Source: the human T2T-CHM13v2.0 reference genome, Homo sapiens. From it: a stretch of 64,000 bases of DNA. Shown here one piece after another: positions 27,269 through 42,852 of the stretch. The notes beneath the pieces are model-generated. The model saw nothing but the letters and a program-made list of their open reading frames with translations. It was not told the DNA's origin and made no database searches. The translations under genes and the position numbers were made by a program. The DNA lies in assembly GCF_009914755.1 (NCBI RefSeq), contig NC_060926.1; one strand, written 5' to 3'. The first letter of the stretch is position 1. Every line of letters begins with the position of its first letter.

Positions 27269-29030
27269 CTACTAAAGTTATAGTCTGTAAGATGACAGCA
27301 AGAGTGAGGGGGAAAAATTATAGTCTGTGACTACATTTATAACTATAGAAGCCTCTTCTTGCTCTAACATTCTGTGATTCTCATTATATTTAATGGTATG
27401 AATCAGAGATGTCTGTTAAGACACTTGAAATGTCTTTACCGTAGGGCACTTAGGTGAGATTTTCAGCTAAATATTACAATTCTTAGTTATTCCATTTTTT
27501 TCTTTCACTTGCCATTTTTAGCAAAATTAATAGTTCACTATTGTACTATCAAAAGTCATCACATTTTATCCATAAATGCATTAACTTATATGGCCTCATC
27601 TGTGAGATATGCTAGGCACACAACAGTTCATTACAGAGTAATGAAAGAGAATTGGCGAGTAATGAAAGAGAATTGGCAACCAATGGGGCCAGGGCTGACA
27701 GAACCAACTAGCAGCCTAAGCAATCCCAAGGCACTATGCAGAGCATAATAAGGGCCTAGCACACTTGGTTGTATTCTTGCAGACATAATTATTAAAAGGA
27801 TCTAAGCTGATGGTCTAGGGACTCTGGTGTAGGAGTAACTGAACTTAGAAAGTCAAAGCTATCAGCCAGAAAGGGCTTTCCGTTGCCTTTAGAATAAAAA
27901 CCACAATCCTTAAAATGGTCACCAATGCCTTGAATAATGTCAACACATAATCAGTGTTGACCTTCAGAAAAATTACTCTGCCAGCTGTCAGAGAGAGCCT
28001 GGAGATGAGGAGAACAGTTAGGGGTCACTGGGATAATTTAATTACTAAGAAAACATATACTGAATTCTTGAATTAGGAGAGTGACAGTGGGAACAAAGAA
28101 ATGAATTCCAGGATAAAGAAAATGTTTATGACCCACTGAATGCATCACTACTTAGCAATGAAAATGATCTATGGCTACATACAACACGGATGCATTCACA
28201 AACATTATATTGAGCAAAAGAAGCAGGATACAAAAGAATATAAAAAGTATGATTCCTTTCACATAAGGTGCTAAACAGGGGAAAAAACCCACCAAACTAT
28301 GTTGCTTGAGAATCCTTATAGAGGTGATTTAGTAAGAAAAAGTGATTAAACAATTATCACAAGGGTCAAATTAATGGTTACTTCCAGGAGGAAGAGAAAG
28401 GCATATATGAGCTTCTGGGGCTGCAATGTTCTATTTTGCCCTAAGTGGTGGCGATTATATGGGTGCTGGCTGTGTAACAATAACACATATAAATATACAT
28501 AAATACAAACGTCTCTTGATATATATTTACTATAAATAGATGTATACACACATATATATAATATACACACATAGATATATGCACTCTTATATATGTTTTC
28601 TCCATATATCACAGTTTAAATCAAGGTTTTAAAAAAGATTGTACAGAAACAGCTGAGGTACACTTAATTATGACTTAATTAGGATATGGAGGGCAAAGCA
28701 GCTCTGGGTTCAAATCTTGGTTATTTATTAGTAGTGTGACCTTGAACAAGTTATTTAACCTGTCTAAGCCTCAATTTTTATCAGGGGAACTAACAGGGCT
28801 GTTATTAGGATTAAAATTTTGATCTGTCTGATTATTTTTCTGTGACCTTTTCTGATTGATCAGCTGAGGGATCTCCCTCAATTTACTAAAGTTATTACCT
28901 GCATTGTTATTTCCTGTGCTTTACTAATGGCTGTGAGTTCCTCAGCACGTTTACAGGTCAGGTGGCTTGGGTTTCCCTAATAGTCATAAACCAGCAGGTG
29001 GAGGATATTAAGCTTTCTGCTCTGCAAGCC

Positions 29031-29235
29031 CAGTGGTTCTCAAACATGAGTGTTTATCACAATCTCCTGGAGGACTTGTATTAAAATACAGCTTGCTGGG
29101 CTCCACTTTCGGAGTTTTAATTCATAGACATGCAGTAAGACATGAGAATTTGCATTTATTTAACAAGTTCTAGTAAGTTCCCGGGTGATACTGTTGCTTC
29201 TGGTCCAGGCACAGTATTTCTAGAACCTCTATTCT
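29031..29235. mobile_element. MER5A-like hAT DNA transposon
   Basis: cagtggttctcaaac...gaatttgcattt..taacaagttc...agaacc. Confidence 0.7.
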
Positions 29236-31127
29236 AGCCCAATGTCAGAAAAGTTGGTAAACTGGGTCCCCTTCACTTAAAAGAGAGAGGAAGGAGCTTC
29301 TTTGCTCTCAGGCTCTCCAAGTACAAAGGAGACAGTTTTCACAGACACTTGGCAAGAGAGTGACTCTATCTACCTATGCAGGCCCCCTTTTCCTCTTAGA
29401 CAGGGGTCAGCCTTCCTGAGCTACAGACTTCATATGTCGCTCATTTACCCTCTCCTATGAGAGCTCACAGATTTTCTCAGAAGCATGGATTACTTCCAAG
29501 GGACTCTGGCAGTTGCTTTTAGTCCCTGAGTTGCTCCAGTAAGGAACTGTGGGAAGAGAGAGATCAGGAACATGTGTTCATTTTCTTCCCAAAAACTTCT
29601 TCTGTGAGAATTAAGGGAGATAAAAGCATGATGTCTGGGACATTAAGAGTACTTAATAAATGTTACTGTCATTGTTATGACTTCAACTTTTTTGAAGTGG
29701 ATGTTTGCAAAGATGGTTGCATCATAACAGAAACAGTACATGAGATGAACAGGTTTGTCAGGAAAATGAATAGTTTAGTTAGGAACATTTTAATGTTTAT
29801 AAATTTTATATTTATTTTCATATTGATAAATTTTTGTATCATGGCTCTAAGGTTAAAGTTGAGGAATTTTATAAAACAGACCAGATTAGTAATCTGAGAG
29901 ACAGAGGAGACAACAGAAAGCTTGTGGAGCTTCTTTTGGGAAATAGTGATGCAACCCAGTTTGAGACCTAACTAGCTAGAGGATAACACAAATGCTAGCA
30001 GCTGGCTGGCTCACAGAGACTCGTTTTTGAGAGCAGGCAGTAAGCACATGTTAAGCTTGTGATGTACTTTGGCAGACAGTCTTGACAAACCTATCTCATT
30101 CTTTAAACACATGGTTCCAAAGTTGCTAAGCAAAGTTCAGTCTGAACCTTGACTTTGCCTCCCTTAGAAGCGGGGGCTTGTATATTTTGCAATGCCTCAT
30201 TAAATATTTCCGCATTTTGGTCTCTGCAAAAAAACGTGTGTTCTTTTTAGGAAACGGTGGTTTTTTGGGGACAAACTTAATATTTGTATCTTAGTTATCC
30301 ATACCAATATTATTTCTATGCTTTATACGCTTTCAAATTACTCTGAGGCATTTACCTAGGTTCTAGGAATTACACAAACCTTAAAGTAAAAAAAACAACA
30401 AACAAAAATCCCATATAAATTTAACTTAAATTTATTAAAAACTATAGTATATATACTTATTTCTAAAACTTTAGCAACCATTTTGTGGTTTGTTTTTTAA
30501 AGCCAAATTATGAGACTATAGCTTTTGAAAATCTACATAGTCAATATTCTTAGAAGTGAAAATGCAATTATAAATTCATTCCACATGATTCAGTTACATT
30601 TAATTCGACATGTGACTAGTAGGTACTGGAGACACAGACATGAATAAATGATGATGTCCTTGTCCTTGAGGAGTTCACAGTTCTTCTGACCATGTGTTTG
30701 ACTATTTGTTTCCATGTCTCTCTCACCCACTAGACTATGATTTGTCTAGTCCCTAGAGGAGGAGGTGACTGACTCTGCCAGGGAGTCTGAACTTGGAGGT
30801 GTCATTAAGAAGGTGAACTCTGGGTTGGCTCTTGAAGGATACTAAGATTTGGGGTGAGGAAGTAGGGAGAGAAGGGCAGGACAATCTAAATGGAAATAAC
30901 AGAATAAGTGCAAAAGCACTGACATGGAAAATAATTGTTAAGATTTACAAGTATCACTGCGTGGCTACAGCTCCTGTGTTCCTTTGAGTGTAGTACAAAT
31001 GAGGAGGGTAGAGTTAGGTGAGACCAGATAGTGAAAGGTTCTTTTTCTCATCTAAGGAGTTTTGATTTTACCTGTAGGTGGCTGGGAGACGTGGAAGCTT
31101 TGTAAGCAGCAGAGTGACAAGATCAGA

Positions 31128-31885
31128 TTTGTGTTTTGACAACAACTTCAGTGTCAACAGTACAGAGAGTGGACCATGGTGAACTACCTCAGACAAAAAT
31201 CTAGTTAGGATGTGGTCACAACAGGCCGTCTATTGCTGTTTCCAATGTTTGACTCAATATTAGTCTCAAATTCTATTTTAAAATTGTTACATAAAATGAT
31301 AACAGTCAGTGAAAATGAGCTAAAACTATAGGCCCTACTCAAAGGCTTAAAGCTCAAAATTGAGGATATCAAAGGATTTCAGAAAAAAATACACACACAA
31401 ACGCACACTTAAGGTATGAAGTTAAGTAGTAAGGATAGGTTTTCAGCACCTTTTCAGTCACTCAGCTAATTAACATAAGACTAAAATATGAACCACCTCT
31501 GTGTGAGGGAAGAGGGATTACGATTGTTGAGATATACTGTGAAACAATTCAATGTTTTATTAAAGAAAATAGAAAAGAGATGGGGTTTGTGAATCAATCA
31601 ATCTGAACTTCAAAGGGAAAATATGGGGAATAATATTAATAGTTACTCCCAGTTTTTTAAAATTATTCCCTGTTTTTTATCTCTGTTTTTAAAATTATTA
31701 TGTAAAATGACTGTTTTGTTTTATGTAACAATTTTAAAATAGAATTTGAGACTAATATTGAGTCAAACACTGGAAATAGCAATAGACGGCCTGTTGTGAC
31801 CGCATCCTAACTAGACTTTTTGTCTGAGGTAGTTCACCATGGTCCACTCTCTGTACTGTTGACACTGAAGTTGTCAAAACACAAA
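31128..31885. repeat. Long inverted repeat: arms 31128-31308 and 31708-31885
   Basis: Arms are reverse complements, with 3 substitutions and 2 small indels over the ~168-bp core; ~400-bp spacer. Confidence 0.95.
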
Positions 31886-32146
31886 GCACTGGCCAATATG
31901 TTACCTATTTATTATGACATAATTAAAAGAAATTAGAGTTTGTAGAATTTTTATATTAAAATTCAGCTTTGGAGATTTATTTTAAAACTTTCAAAGTATC
32001 AGTTTGCACACACTAAATTTGGATTTTACTTTATTATATGAATAACATATAACTCACAGATTTGAAAAAGTCAAACAGTAATTAAAAGTAGCTCTTATTT
32101 TTTACACAGATCTCAAAATATGAGTGACAGAGGAAAGTATTCAGTC

Positions 32147-32440
32147 AGCTGAGCACAGTGGCTCACACCTATAATCCCAGCACCTTAGGGGGCCAAGGTG
32201 GGAGGACTGCTTGTGGCCGAAAGTTTGTGACCCGCCTGGGCAACATAGCAAGACCCTGTCTCTAAAAGAAAATTTTTAATTGGCTGGGTGTGGTGGCACG
32301 CAGTGGTAGTCTTAGCTACTCAGGAGGCTGAAGTGGGAGGATTGCTTGAGCCAACTGCATTTCAGCTTGGGCAACAGAGTGAGACCTTGTCTCTAAATAT
32401 ATATATATATTTGATATATATATTTGGTATATATATATTC
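32147..32440 (+). mobile_element. AluJ-like with internal deletion and TA-rich tail
   Basis: Diverged Alu dimer. Confidence 0.8.
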
Positions 32441-32768
32441 ATTTATTTGATCAGATCTGCTTCTGTTATTATTAACCTATCTTGGTGTCTGTAAAAATAC
32501 AAAACACCCATTGACAAATTTAATTAAATCTTTGAAAAAATGGCACAACAAATAACTCATCAGAAAAACTCTGATACCAAGTTTTTTGTCTTAAACATTG
32601 AACCAAATCCCAAATCTCACTTAAAATGTCTTGTTTTTGTTTTTTTCCTCACTTTCATTTTGTAAAATTTCAAGCCTACTTTACTGTTTGTAAATTATAC
32701 CTCAATTTAAAAAATTTCATTTAGGAACAAAAAGTTTCACCCAAAAAAAAAAAAAAACAAAAAACTTT

Positions 32769-33072
32769 GGCCAGGCGCAGTAGCTCACGTCTGTAATCCC
32801 AGCACTTTGGGAGGCCAAGGTGGACAGATCATGAGATCAGGAGTTCAAGACCAGCCTGGTCAATACGGTGATACCCCGTCTCTACTAAAAATACAAAAAT
32901 TAGCCAAGCGTGGTTGCACGCACCTGTAGTCCCAGCTACTCAGGAGGCTGAGGCAGAACTGCTTGAACCTGGGAGGCAGGGGTTGTAGTCAGCTGAGATT
33001 GCACCACTGCACTCCAGCCTGGGTGACAGAGCAAGACTCCATCTCAAAAACAAAAACAAACAAACAAAAAAA
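32769..33072 (+). mobile_element. AluS element
   Basis: Full dimer; TSD-like aaaaaacttt. Confidence 0.9.
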
Positions 33073-33432
33073 ACTTTTCCAACCTACATAAAAGATAGAA
33101 GATAGTACAGTGAATACTAGAATCACTAGAGTAACATTTTGTTGTTTGTTTTCTCTCTGTCTCTTTTTCCAGAACCAAATGAAATTAAGTTGCAAACATC
33201 ATAGACATCATCACACTCTCCCCCTAAATACACTCTCCCCCTAAATACACCAGTAACCTTTAAGGGATATTTTGATAACCAAATTTTGTTATACTCAATG
33301 GAATCTTTCAAAAGCCACCATGAAACAAAGAAACAGATAAATGTGAACTGTAGAATGGATACAGTGAAATAAAGACTTCATTATATTTGGTCAAAAATGA
33401 TACTGGAAAAGCACAACAAAATAGTGGGAAAT

Positions 33433-34110
<678 letters not shown>

Positions 34111-34700
34111 GAAAAGGAAGGGTTGTTCAATAAAATGCCAGGATAATTAGCCATTTTTTAAAAGAATCAATCAAATCTTTATCTTATACTGTATGCCAAA
34201 TTAAAATATATTATAAATTATAGGTTAAAAATCTTAAATCTTACCATTAAAAGAGAAAATAATAGTTTGGTCATTTGTGTATCTCTTTTTGTATTTACAG
34301 TTTTCTTCAATTGATATAAGGTTTTTGTACAATATAAATGAGAATCAAATAGATGAGAAAAAGAGAGTAAAGGGAAAAATAAATGAATAATCTTTGGTTA
34401 GGTAAAACTTTTAGTCTTAGACACAATGGTGAACTAGCAAAGGAAAATACGTATTTTACAATATAACAGTTAATAATTGACATTTTCACATAATAAAAAC
34501 GTGAAAGCTGAAAGCAAATTGGGCAAATATTTGTGAAAGGTATTATAATACAAAAAGCTCATATAAATCCTTAAGAAATCTTTAAGACCTTAATAAATTT
34601 GGGCGCGAGATAAATTTTTAAAATTACAAAAGAAAGGGTGAATGACTTAGAAACATTTGAAAAAATTTCAGTCTCACTAATAAATGCCGGTGAATACAGT

Positions 34701-35960
34701 TTTTTTCTTTTTTGCCTACTAGGAAAGTTTTTGCTTTGCTTAATTTAATACATATCCTCAGAATCAGGAGTCAAGAATACTGTGAAAAGGCCACTCTGCC
34801 TCGCTAGTGGGTAATATTTGGCAATATATATTAAAAGGCTCTTATCTTCTGACTTAGCACAGTTCTCAGTATTCATTACGGTGATATCTTGCTGAGTGGA
34901 AATAATGTTTTATATAGGCTTTTTGTTGTTGCTATTGTTCAAGGATTGGGAGTCCTATTCAAGCTTCATAGGATAATATGAGGTTTAGTGTTAGAACCCA
35001 TGAGACCTGGGAAGCACCTTGAGCCAAAAGAGTTCTAGGGATCAGCTGCTCTCTCTTTCTCTGATGGCATCTCCAATTCTCTCTGCAAGTCTGTCCCACT
35101 CTCTATTCTCTGCTAACAAACTACATTCTTCTGCTTGTACATGGTTTCTGATTTTATACATCCAGTGCAGATTAGCAGGGGGTTCTGTTCATCATCACCC
35201 AGGAATTGAGGTTGATGGAGACTCCATCTCAAAAGTGAACTTTAATCATGTGACAGGGGAAAGGAAACAGAGAATTGTGCACTGACACTTGTTCTTAAAA
35301 TGTCTGCCCCATAATGATACCTATTACTGCTGCTCACATTTCACTGGCCAAAGCAAGGCACATGGCTACAACTAACTCCAAAGAAGACAAGGAAGAGCAA
35401 TCTTACCAAATATCCAGGAGGAGAATTGGAATATTTGTGAACAGTCCTTATGATTTCCTTATCTACATCTTTGTGTGCTCACTTAAACTTCTTGTAAATG
35501 TGGATTAAATGGAAAGTTACAGTCCTGCATTATCTTTTTTTAAAAAAATTAAAACACATCAACAAATATTTCCTGACACAAAATTATAAAAATGAGCAAA
35601 AAGCCAACATACACATGTATCTTGCTCAATTCAATGCCATTAAAAGTTCAGATGCATCAGTTTGCCAAATTCTCTGTTGAGGAAAAATAGTCACTTACGT
35701 ACCAAAAATAACACATTAACAAGTATGGTGTCTTACTTCTTATAATAGGATACAGGATACTGTATCCTATTTTTTCTTTTTTGCCTACTAGGAGAGTTTT
35801 TGCTTTGCTTAATTTAATACATATCCTCAGAATCAGGGTTCAAGAGTACTGTGAAAAGGCCACTCTGCCTCGCTAGTGGGTAATATTTGGCAATATATAT
35901 TAAAAGGCTCTTATCTTCTGACTTAGCACAATTCTCAGTATTCATTATGGTGACATCTTG
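34701..35960 (+). repeat. Dispersed direct repeat, 191 bp: 34701-34891 and 35770-35960
   Basis: Ungapped alignment, 7 mismatches by eye. Confidence 0.95.
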
Positions 35961-37165
35961 TCACCAGAATACTGTGTCCTATTATAGGTATTTTAAGCAG
36001 TCCTTGTTAACTTTTAGTTCTTTTTTCTCTTTTATATTTATGAAAATTAATTCCACTAACAGACACACTAGTGGTGTAACTTTGAAATAAAATTTTTAAA
36101 AAGTCTGCTACTTCTTTCTTAGGCTTCTAAGTTAGTTTAATTGAGAAGTATCCTGAAGTTATCATTTGGAAATACTTACCTTACTCTTGCATAACCAAAA
36201 TAGAGAAATAAATTAAATGATAATGCAGATAAGAGTGGAACTGTCATCCATAACTCCTGATTTTAAATATTTTGCATGTTCACCAAATAGCATCCCTCTT
36301 CTACTCTTTAAAAAATAAATGCTATACAGTTAAACTTAAAAAATAAATCCGTACTAACAAATATATCATTTTTCTAACTTTGAAGTTCTAATTTTGAAGT
36401 TCTCTGTAAGATTTAATTTGGAAAAATGGTCCAAAGCTAAAATTAATTTTGAGAACTACTTCTATAGACCATTGTCTTTGTCACAAATCCATTTGGTATT
36501 TATTTGACTTTTAGGTCTCCCATCTTTTGAAAAATCTTCTAAAAATGCAAATGTAATCTCTTGTGTCTCAAGACTTTCAGACTTCCTTGAATCTTTCTTC
36601 CTTGTAAGTCATCCTAGAAAGACTCCCTAGTGAACAAAATGTGCAAATTTTAAAAGCAGCTTATACTGCATATTTGTTAAAATTCCTTCAATAAACCCAA
36701 AAAAATGAGGCAAGAGTTTATTTTCTATTATACAATCCCCTGTTACCCCTGTTACTTGGCTAACAAAATTAAGCCCTCCTTCTGACCCTGTGTCATTGTA
36801 TTCTTCTCAATCCTTCAGCTTTGTTTTATTAAACAAAATATGCTCAATATTTTTCTTGTTTCTTTTCTCTTTGTTTTTCTTAGAATTCTCAAAAGATGTA
36901 ATATTACTATGATTCAAATAGTTCAATCAAACCAGTGCACAGGTTTTATGGTCTCCTATACATGTTGATTGCATATTGGCCTTATTAGTCACAGCCATCT
37001 TTATAGCCAGCAACATTTTAAGAAATTCACTGATCATGGATTCTATAATAATTTATTTAAGAAAGTGAGCTGAGTCTACCATCTCTAACATGATCATTTC
37101 ATTTGCATAAGACAGACAATCCAACTTAAAATGGCCTAAACGAATAAAAAAAATTATTGGCTTAC

Positions 37166-37388
37166 ATAATTTAAAAGTCCATGGATAGCCTGCAGAGGCG
37201 GATCTCAGTTAAACGGTTCAAACCTTGTAATCAAAACTCTGTCTCTTCATTCTCCACTACGCTGGCTTCATTTTCAGGCTTCATGGAATTCCTAACAAGA
37301 GGGATCTTAACATGTCTAGGTAACATCACTAAGCAGCAAGGTGAGGAATCTCTAGGTCAATAGCTCTGAAGGGCAGCAGCTGTTTGTG
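37166..37388 (-). ncRNA. WDPCP: Putative upstream non-coding exon of the WDPCP-locus long transcript
   Basis: Donor GTAAGC at 37165-37160. The 5' boundary and gene assignment rest on recalled annotation only. Confidence 0.35.
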
Positions 37389-40300
37389 GTCTTTTATAGC
37401 CACAGAGTTTGTCTTATCTATGGCCAGAAGATGTTGGGTGCAGTTTCATGGGGGTATGCCAAGCAGGTATGACCTAATGGCTAAAATATGCTCATTTGAG
37501 CTATATTTAAAGCAACTAGACATGCAAGAATTTGAGTCTGGCACTGACAGGCTTTGATCTACTGGTCCTAGCCTGCTGCAAAGAAGTAAACATTGGGCTA
37601 ATACACAGGGGCCATCTTTAACCCATTTATGTAACAATTGAGAAATCTGTCTTTTCTCCCTGGATGTTTTTTAGATCTCTTCTTTATCTTTATTTAGGTG
37701 TGGATTTACTTTTTTTTTTTTTCATTCTTCTTGCCACTGTGTCTCCTGAATTTCCCCAGAATGCTCCCAACTCAAAGTTTTTGCATGTCCTAGCACTGCA
37801 GCTTGAAAGCATTTCTTCCAGATATATTTTTGGCTTGCTTTCCCAACTGGCTCAAACCTCTGCTCCAACTATTTCCTCAGAGAGGGCTTCCCTGAACCCA
37901 ACTTCTTCAAACTTTCTATCCCTTACCCTGCTTTTTAAATAAAACTTAGTACTACTTGATATTATATGAAATATTTGTTCATCATTCTCCTTCCCCCAAG
38001 AATATATATCTATGTGGGGAGAGACCGTTTTACTCATTGCTATATACTTAGTACCTAGAACGGTGCCTAAGGCTCAAACATTTGTTGACTTAATGAAAAA
38101 ATAACCTCTCCTCTATGCTTCATTTTCTCCTTTTTAGGCAGATGAGGTTTTCTGTGTAACTATGCAGATGGCCCAAATATTTTCACTGTCAGATGGAACA
38201 CTACTACATACAATCATCAAGGTTGTATTCAAGATCATCCTTAGCATTGGTTTTCTTTGTGACAATGATACCTAAGATTTTTTATTTCTTTTGCTTTGTC
38301 TTCTTCCTATTCAATCCATTGCCTGGATTCTAATGTTTTAAACTCTTGCCCCTGCCCTAGCCTTCCCTCTTGTGAGCCTTAAATAATCTTTAAAAATTAT
38401 TAAGTTTAACTTTTTCTATTTTGCTAAGCAATGGTAAGATTGACTATCATTTTTTTACTCAAGAAAATTGCTTAATATTTGCTTTTGTTAGAAAATATGT
38501 ATATCACTTTGTGTTATAAAAGCTTATAAATTTGTATTTTTATGTATTAAAACAGAAACATTTAAAATTATTATGATAAAAGTAATACACGAGTTTAAAA
38601 ACTCAAACATTATAGATGAGCAGAAAAATAAAACATAAAAATGCAGCCAAACAACTGTCTTACAATCCAATTCTACTTCCTACAGTACTTTATTGACCAA
38701 AACTCAAGTAGGAAATACATTTTACAGGTATGCAGAAAGCTGAAAAACATTTCACACGTTTTACTCATCTTTACTGTCTTTACTAGTGCAATGCAACCTG
38801 ATATTTCTTTTTCCTTCTTGTCTCCTAATGTAGGTGGCAACCTACTAAATTGATTTCATTGCCACAGCTTGAAAACACTGCCCAAAAGGTGCCAACATCA
38901 AACTGTTTTTAGCTCTTCTGATAGTTACTCCATAATTTAAAATAATACGCACGCACTGCACTGCCACTGTTTGGTTCAACTCCTTGCTTTTTTAACAAAT
39001 TGACTCTACATTTTGAGAATGAACAATGAGAATTTAGCTCAGTTCCAGTACTCTCCATTTTTCTTCCCTTAGTCTTCTCTTTGCAATTTTTAAAATTATA
39101 TTATATTACATTCTATTTGCTACTTTATTCCTTTAAAGAATACTTAAACCTATTTCTTGATGTACTTAATTTAGAAAGTGTCTCCTGACTTTTCCATTGT
39201 GTAAGATTAAAAAATTTTATCCTTTCGCTTCCTTCCATTTCCCAAGTACCATGGGTTACACCAGTACTTTTACATTGTTGATATTTGTATTATTTGCTCT
39301 GTTAGAATAATCGTCTTGTGCATTTTGTCTTAAATTTTGTCTTTTATTTTGAAAATTAAAGATTTTTTCAGTATTACAATTTTGTACATCTTATTCACTG
39401 CAGAATCAAGTGGTATGAATGGACGTGTGGGAAGAGAAATGTAAGCCGTGTTATTAAATCTACACCTATTGAAGGAGAATGTTCTAGGTGTCAATGTCAA
39501 ATGGATTTTCTTTTCTTATTATGTCCACTGATTACTCATAATAATGACACATTTTAGTTCATTTCGTCTTTGAGCCATGGCTTATACAATTTTTTTGCCT
39601 TTACTAAAGATTCTATTTCTTCTGTCTTGATGACAAGAGAAGCATCATCAGCCTATCATAAATATGTTTAAGGTTTTTAATAATGATATTTCATAAAGTA
39701 AATTTACTTTTTTCTTAAAGCCATTCTCTGAAATTTTCCAGCTTCTTGTCCTATTATTATTAATTATCTTGATGGCCTAAATATTTGTGGTCCTGAAATA
39801 CCTTTTTATTGCACACCTTCAACAGATCTTTACTGGAACCTCATTACTGAGATCTCATTACTGGGATCTCATGTTCTCTCTTCAGTTCTCTTCTTATTTT
39901 GCTAGAACATTTCTTAAGCAATTTTTTCCCCTGAAATGGGTAAAAAGTCAAAAAAAGGTGAGAATATCTTTAATTTATCCTCATCCCTAAATGTTTTGTT
40001 TGTCTGTAGAATTCTAGGTTAGAATAATTTTCTCTCGGAACTATAAAGATATTGCTGTTTGAATAATCTAATAATAGTCATCTAATAATCAATGGTGCTA
40101 ATAAATGACAAAATTCAATCTACTTTAATCTTCCTATCACTCTACTGCTCTTATAAGGGTAACTGACTTTTGTTTGGCTGACTCTCTTTTCTCTCCACAG
40201 TTAACTGAATTCTCATAACTGGCCATATCTGATACTCTCCTCTCTGGGCTCTATAGCACACGTTATCCTGGTTTTCTTAAATAATTGGCTATTCTTCCTT

Positions 40301-42504
40301 ATTCTCTCTCAGTTTTCCTTTTTCTATGTGACCTCTAAATGATGGAGTTTATACCCACTTTTCTATTCTGTGTCTTCTCCCTATATGCTCTTATCCATTC
40401 TCATGGTTTAAAAAACTATATGTTGACAATTCCTAAATTTATACCAGCAGGCTAGATTTTTTTTCTGAGGTTCCGACTCACATCTTTAAATATCTTCTTG
40501 ACCTCTGTCTTGTCTGTCTCCTACGAATTTCAAACTTAAAATGACCAAAATGGATCTCTATCTCTAAATCTGGATCTCCTTCACCCTTTACCACTCAAAA
40601 AATGGTCCCATGGTTAACTGTTCCCCTTGACTCTTCCTTTTCATTCCCTCCTCCTAACAACTCCCTCCTCATCTAAGCCATCAGTAATTCCTGTTATTTC
40701 CACTTTCAAAATATATCTCTAAACTCTTAAAAATGTAAATCAGGTCATGTCAGTTCTCTGTTTAAAATGATTAGATTGCTTTCCACTGCATTTAGGATAA
40801 ATTTAAAACATACACAGCCAGGCCTCCAAACTTATATCTTGTCTCTCCAAACTCATTTCTTGCCTCTTGCCATTCTGCACTTATTCATTTCCTCACTCCA
40901 GTCTCCTCTCTCCTAGAATACACAATGCTCTGTTTCAGAGCCTCGGTTCTTGCCTTTCTATCTGGCATACTTGCTCCACAGGTCATTATATGGCTGAACT
41001 TTTTTCCACTTGAGACATAAAGAATATCTTTGTCAATACACACTGCCACCACATCTTTTAATGAGTGATACTATCCTTTTATATTGATGCTAAATGTATT
41101 TAACATAATTTAAATGCCCATATTAGTGATATTTGAATTGTATCCTCGTTTTTAAACATTTAAATAGTTTTTAAATGTTTAAAATGTTTTTAAACTATTA
41201 AAACACTGCATGGAATATTTGTGTGTGTATATATATATATATATAGTGAATATCAAAAGCAATATATTTAAATCATGGGTAAAAATATTTTTTAACATCA
41301 AAACCAATCTTTTTTCATTTAAAGAATCTTCAGAACTGTAGAGGAAAAGCACATCTCTAAGTTTGGGGGCATTGATTTGACAAGGAAAGTGATAAAAGGA
41401 GATCTCTTCCTCAGAAGGATTTGGAGAATACAGTTTACAGGTGAAAAATGTGTGGACTGAAAAACATAGTCCCATCTTGTGGAAAGATGAAGAGCAGTTC
41501 TGGGACTAAGCAAAGAGCAAATGAGTGTGGTTTGAGTGGTTTGAGTTTTCTTTGAGACTACAATTATGGTATGAATTAACTTTTACTATGTATCAATACA
41601 CTGCACTGGATATAGCTTATCTGGGTGATTCTTCTACTAGTCTTACCTAGTTCACTCATGTGGCCAGTTTGACTCATTAGGCAGTTTAATGAGAGCTGGA
41701 TAGCCTAAGATGGGCTACAACGCATCTGGCAGCCTGTTTGTCTGTACTGTTTGGTCTAGTGGGGCCTCAACTGGAAAAACTCATCTCTACTTCATGTAGC
41801 TTGTCATTTTCCATCAGGTAATAATGGCCTTCCTCATGCAGCAGTCTCAGGTCAGTATTCCAAGGCATGAGGTTGAAAGCTGAAAAGCTTCTTGAGTCAC
41901 ATAACATTACTTCTGCTGTATTCTATTGGTCAAAGAAAATCACCAGGCCAACACAGACTCCAGGTGTTGGGGTGGGGGGGGGAAATTCCACCTCCTAATG
42001 GGAGGAGTGACAAAGTCACATTGCAAAAGAGCAAGGGGCACAGGGATGGGAAGAATTGTGGCCATCTCTGCAAACAATCTATTACTGCAGGACTTGCTTA
42101 GAAGTGATCACTTTTGTGTTATAAAAGTACATTTATAAGTTGATTATTTGCCATCCAAAACATGTTTCCAATAGAAATAATGGGAAAACTCTAATATACA
42201 CCTATACAGTACTCTACAGTTTTTAAATTCATTCATAAATATCTCATTTGATAGTTCATTGAACAAATTTCTTTTGAGTGCCTATTATGTGTCAAGCACT
42301 ATGATACACTCTGGGGATACAAGAGAGACATGGTCCTTGCTCTTAAAGAGCTTATAGTCTATGAAGGGGAAATAAATATTTAATAAGTTATAATAGTAAA
42401 TCAATTAATAACAATAACTTGAGATTAATCGTATGATATGGCAATACAGGGAATAATCATTAGCTGAACTTACACTCTGTGCTAACAGAGTGAGAAGATC
42501 TTTA

Positions 42505-42852
<348 letters not shown>

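Noticed and set aside
27636-27677. Perfect 21-bp tandem duplication (similar short ones near 5306, 11485 and 33213)
   Set aside because: Ordinary slippage microduplications.
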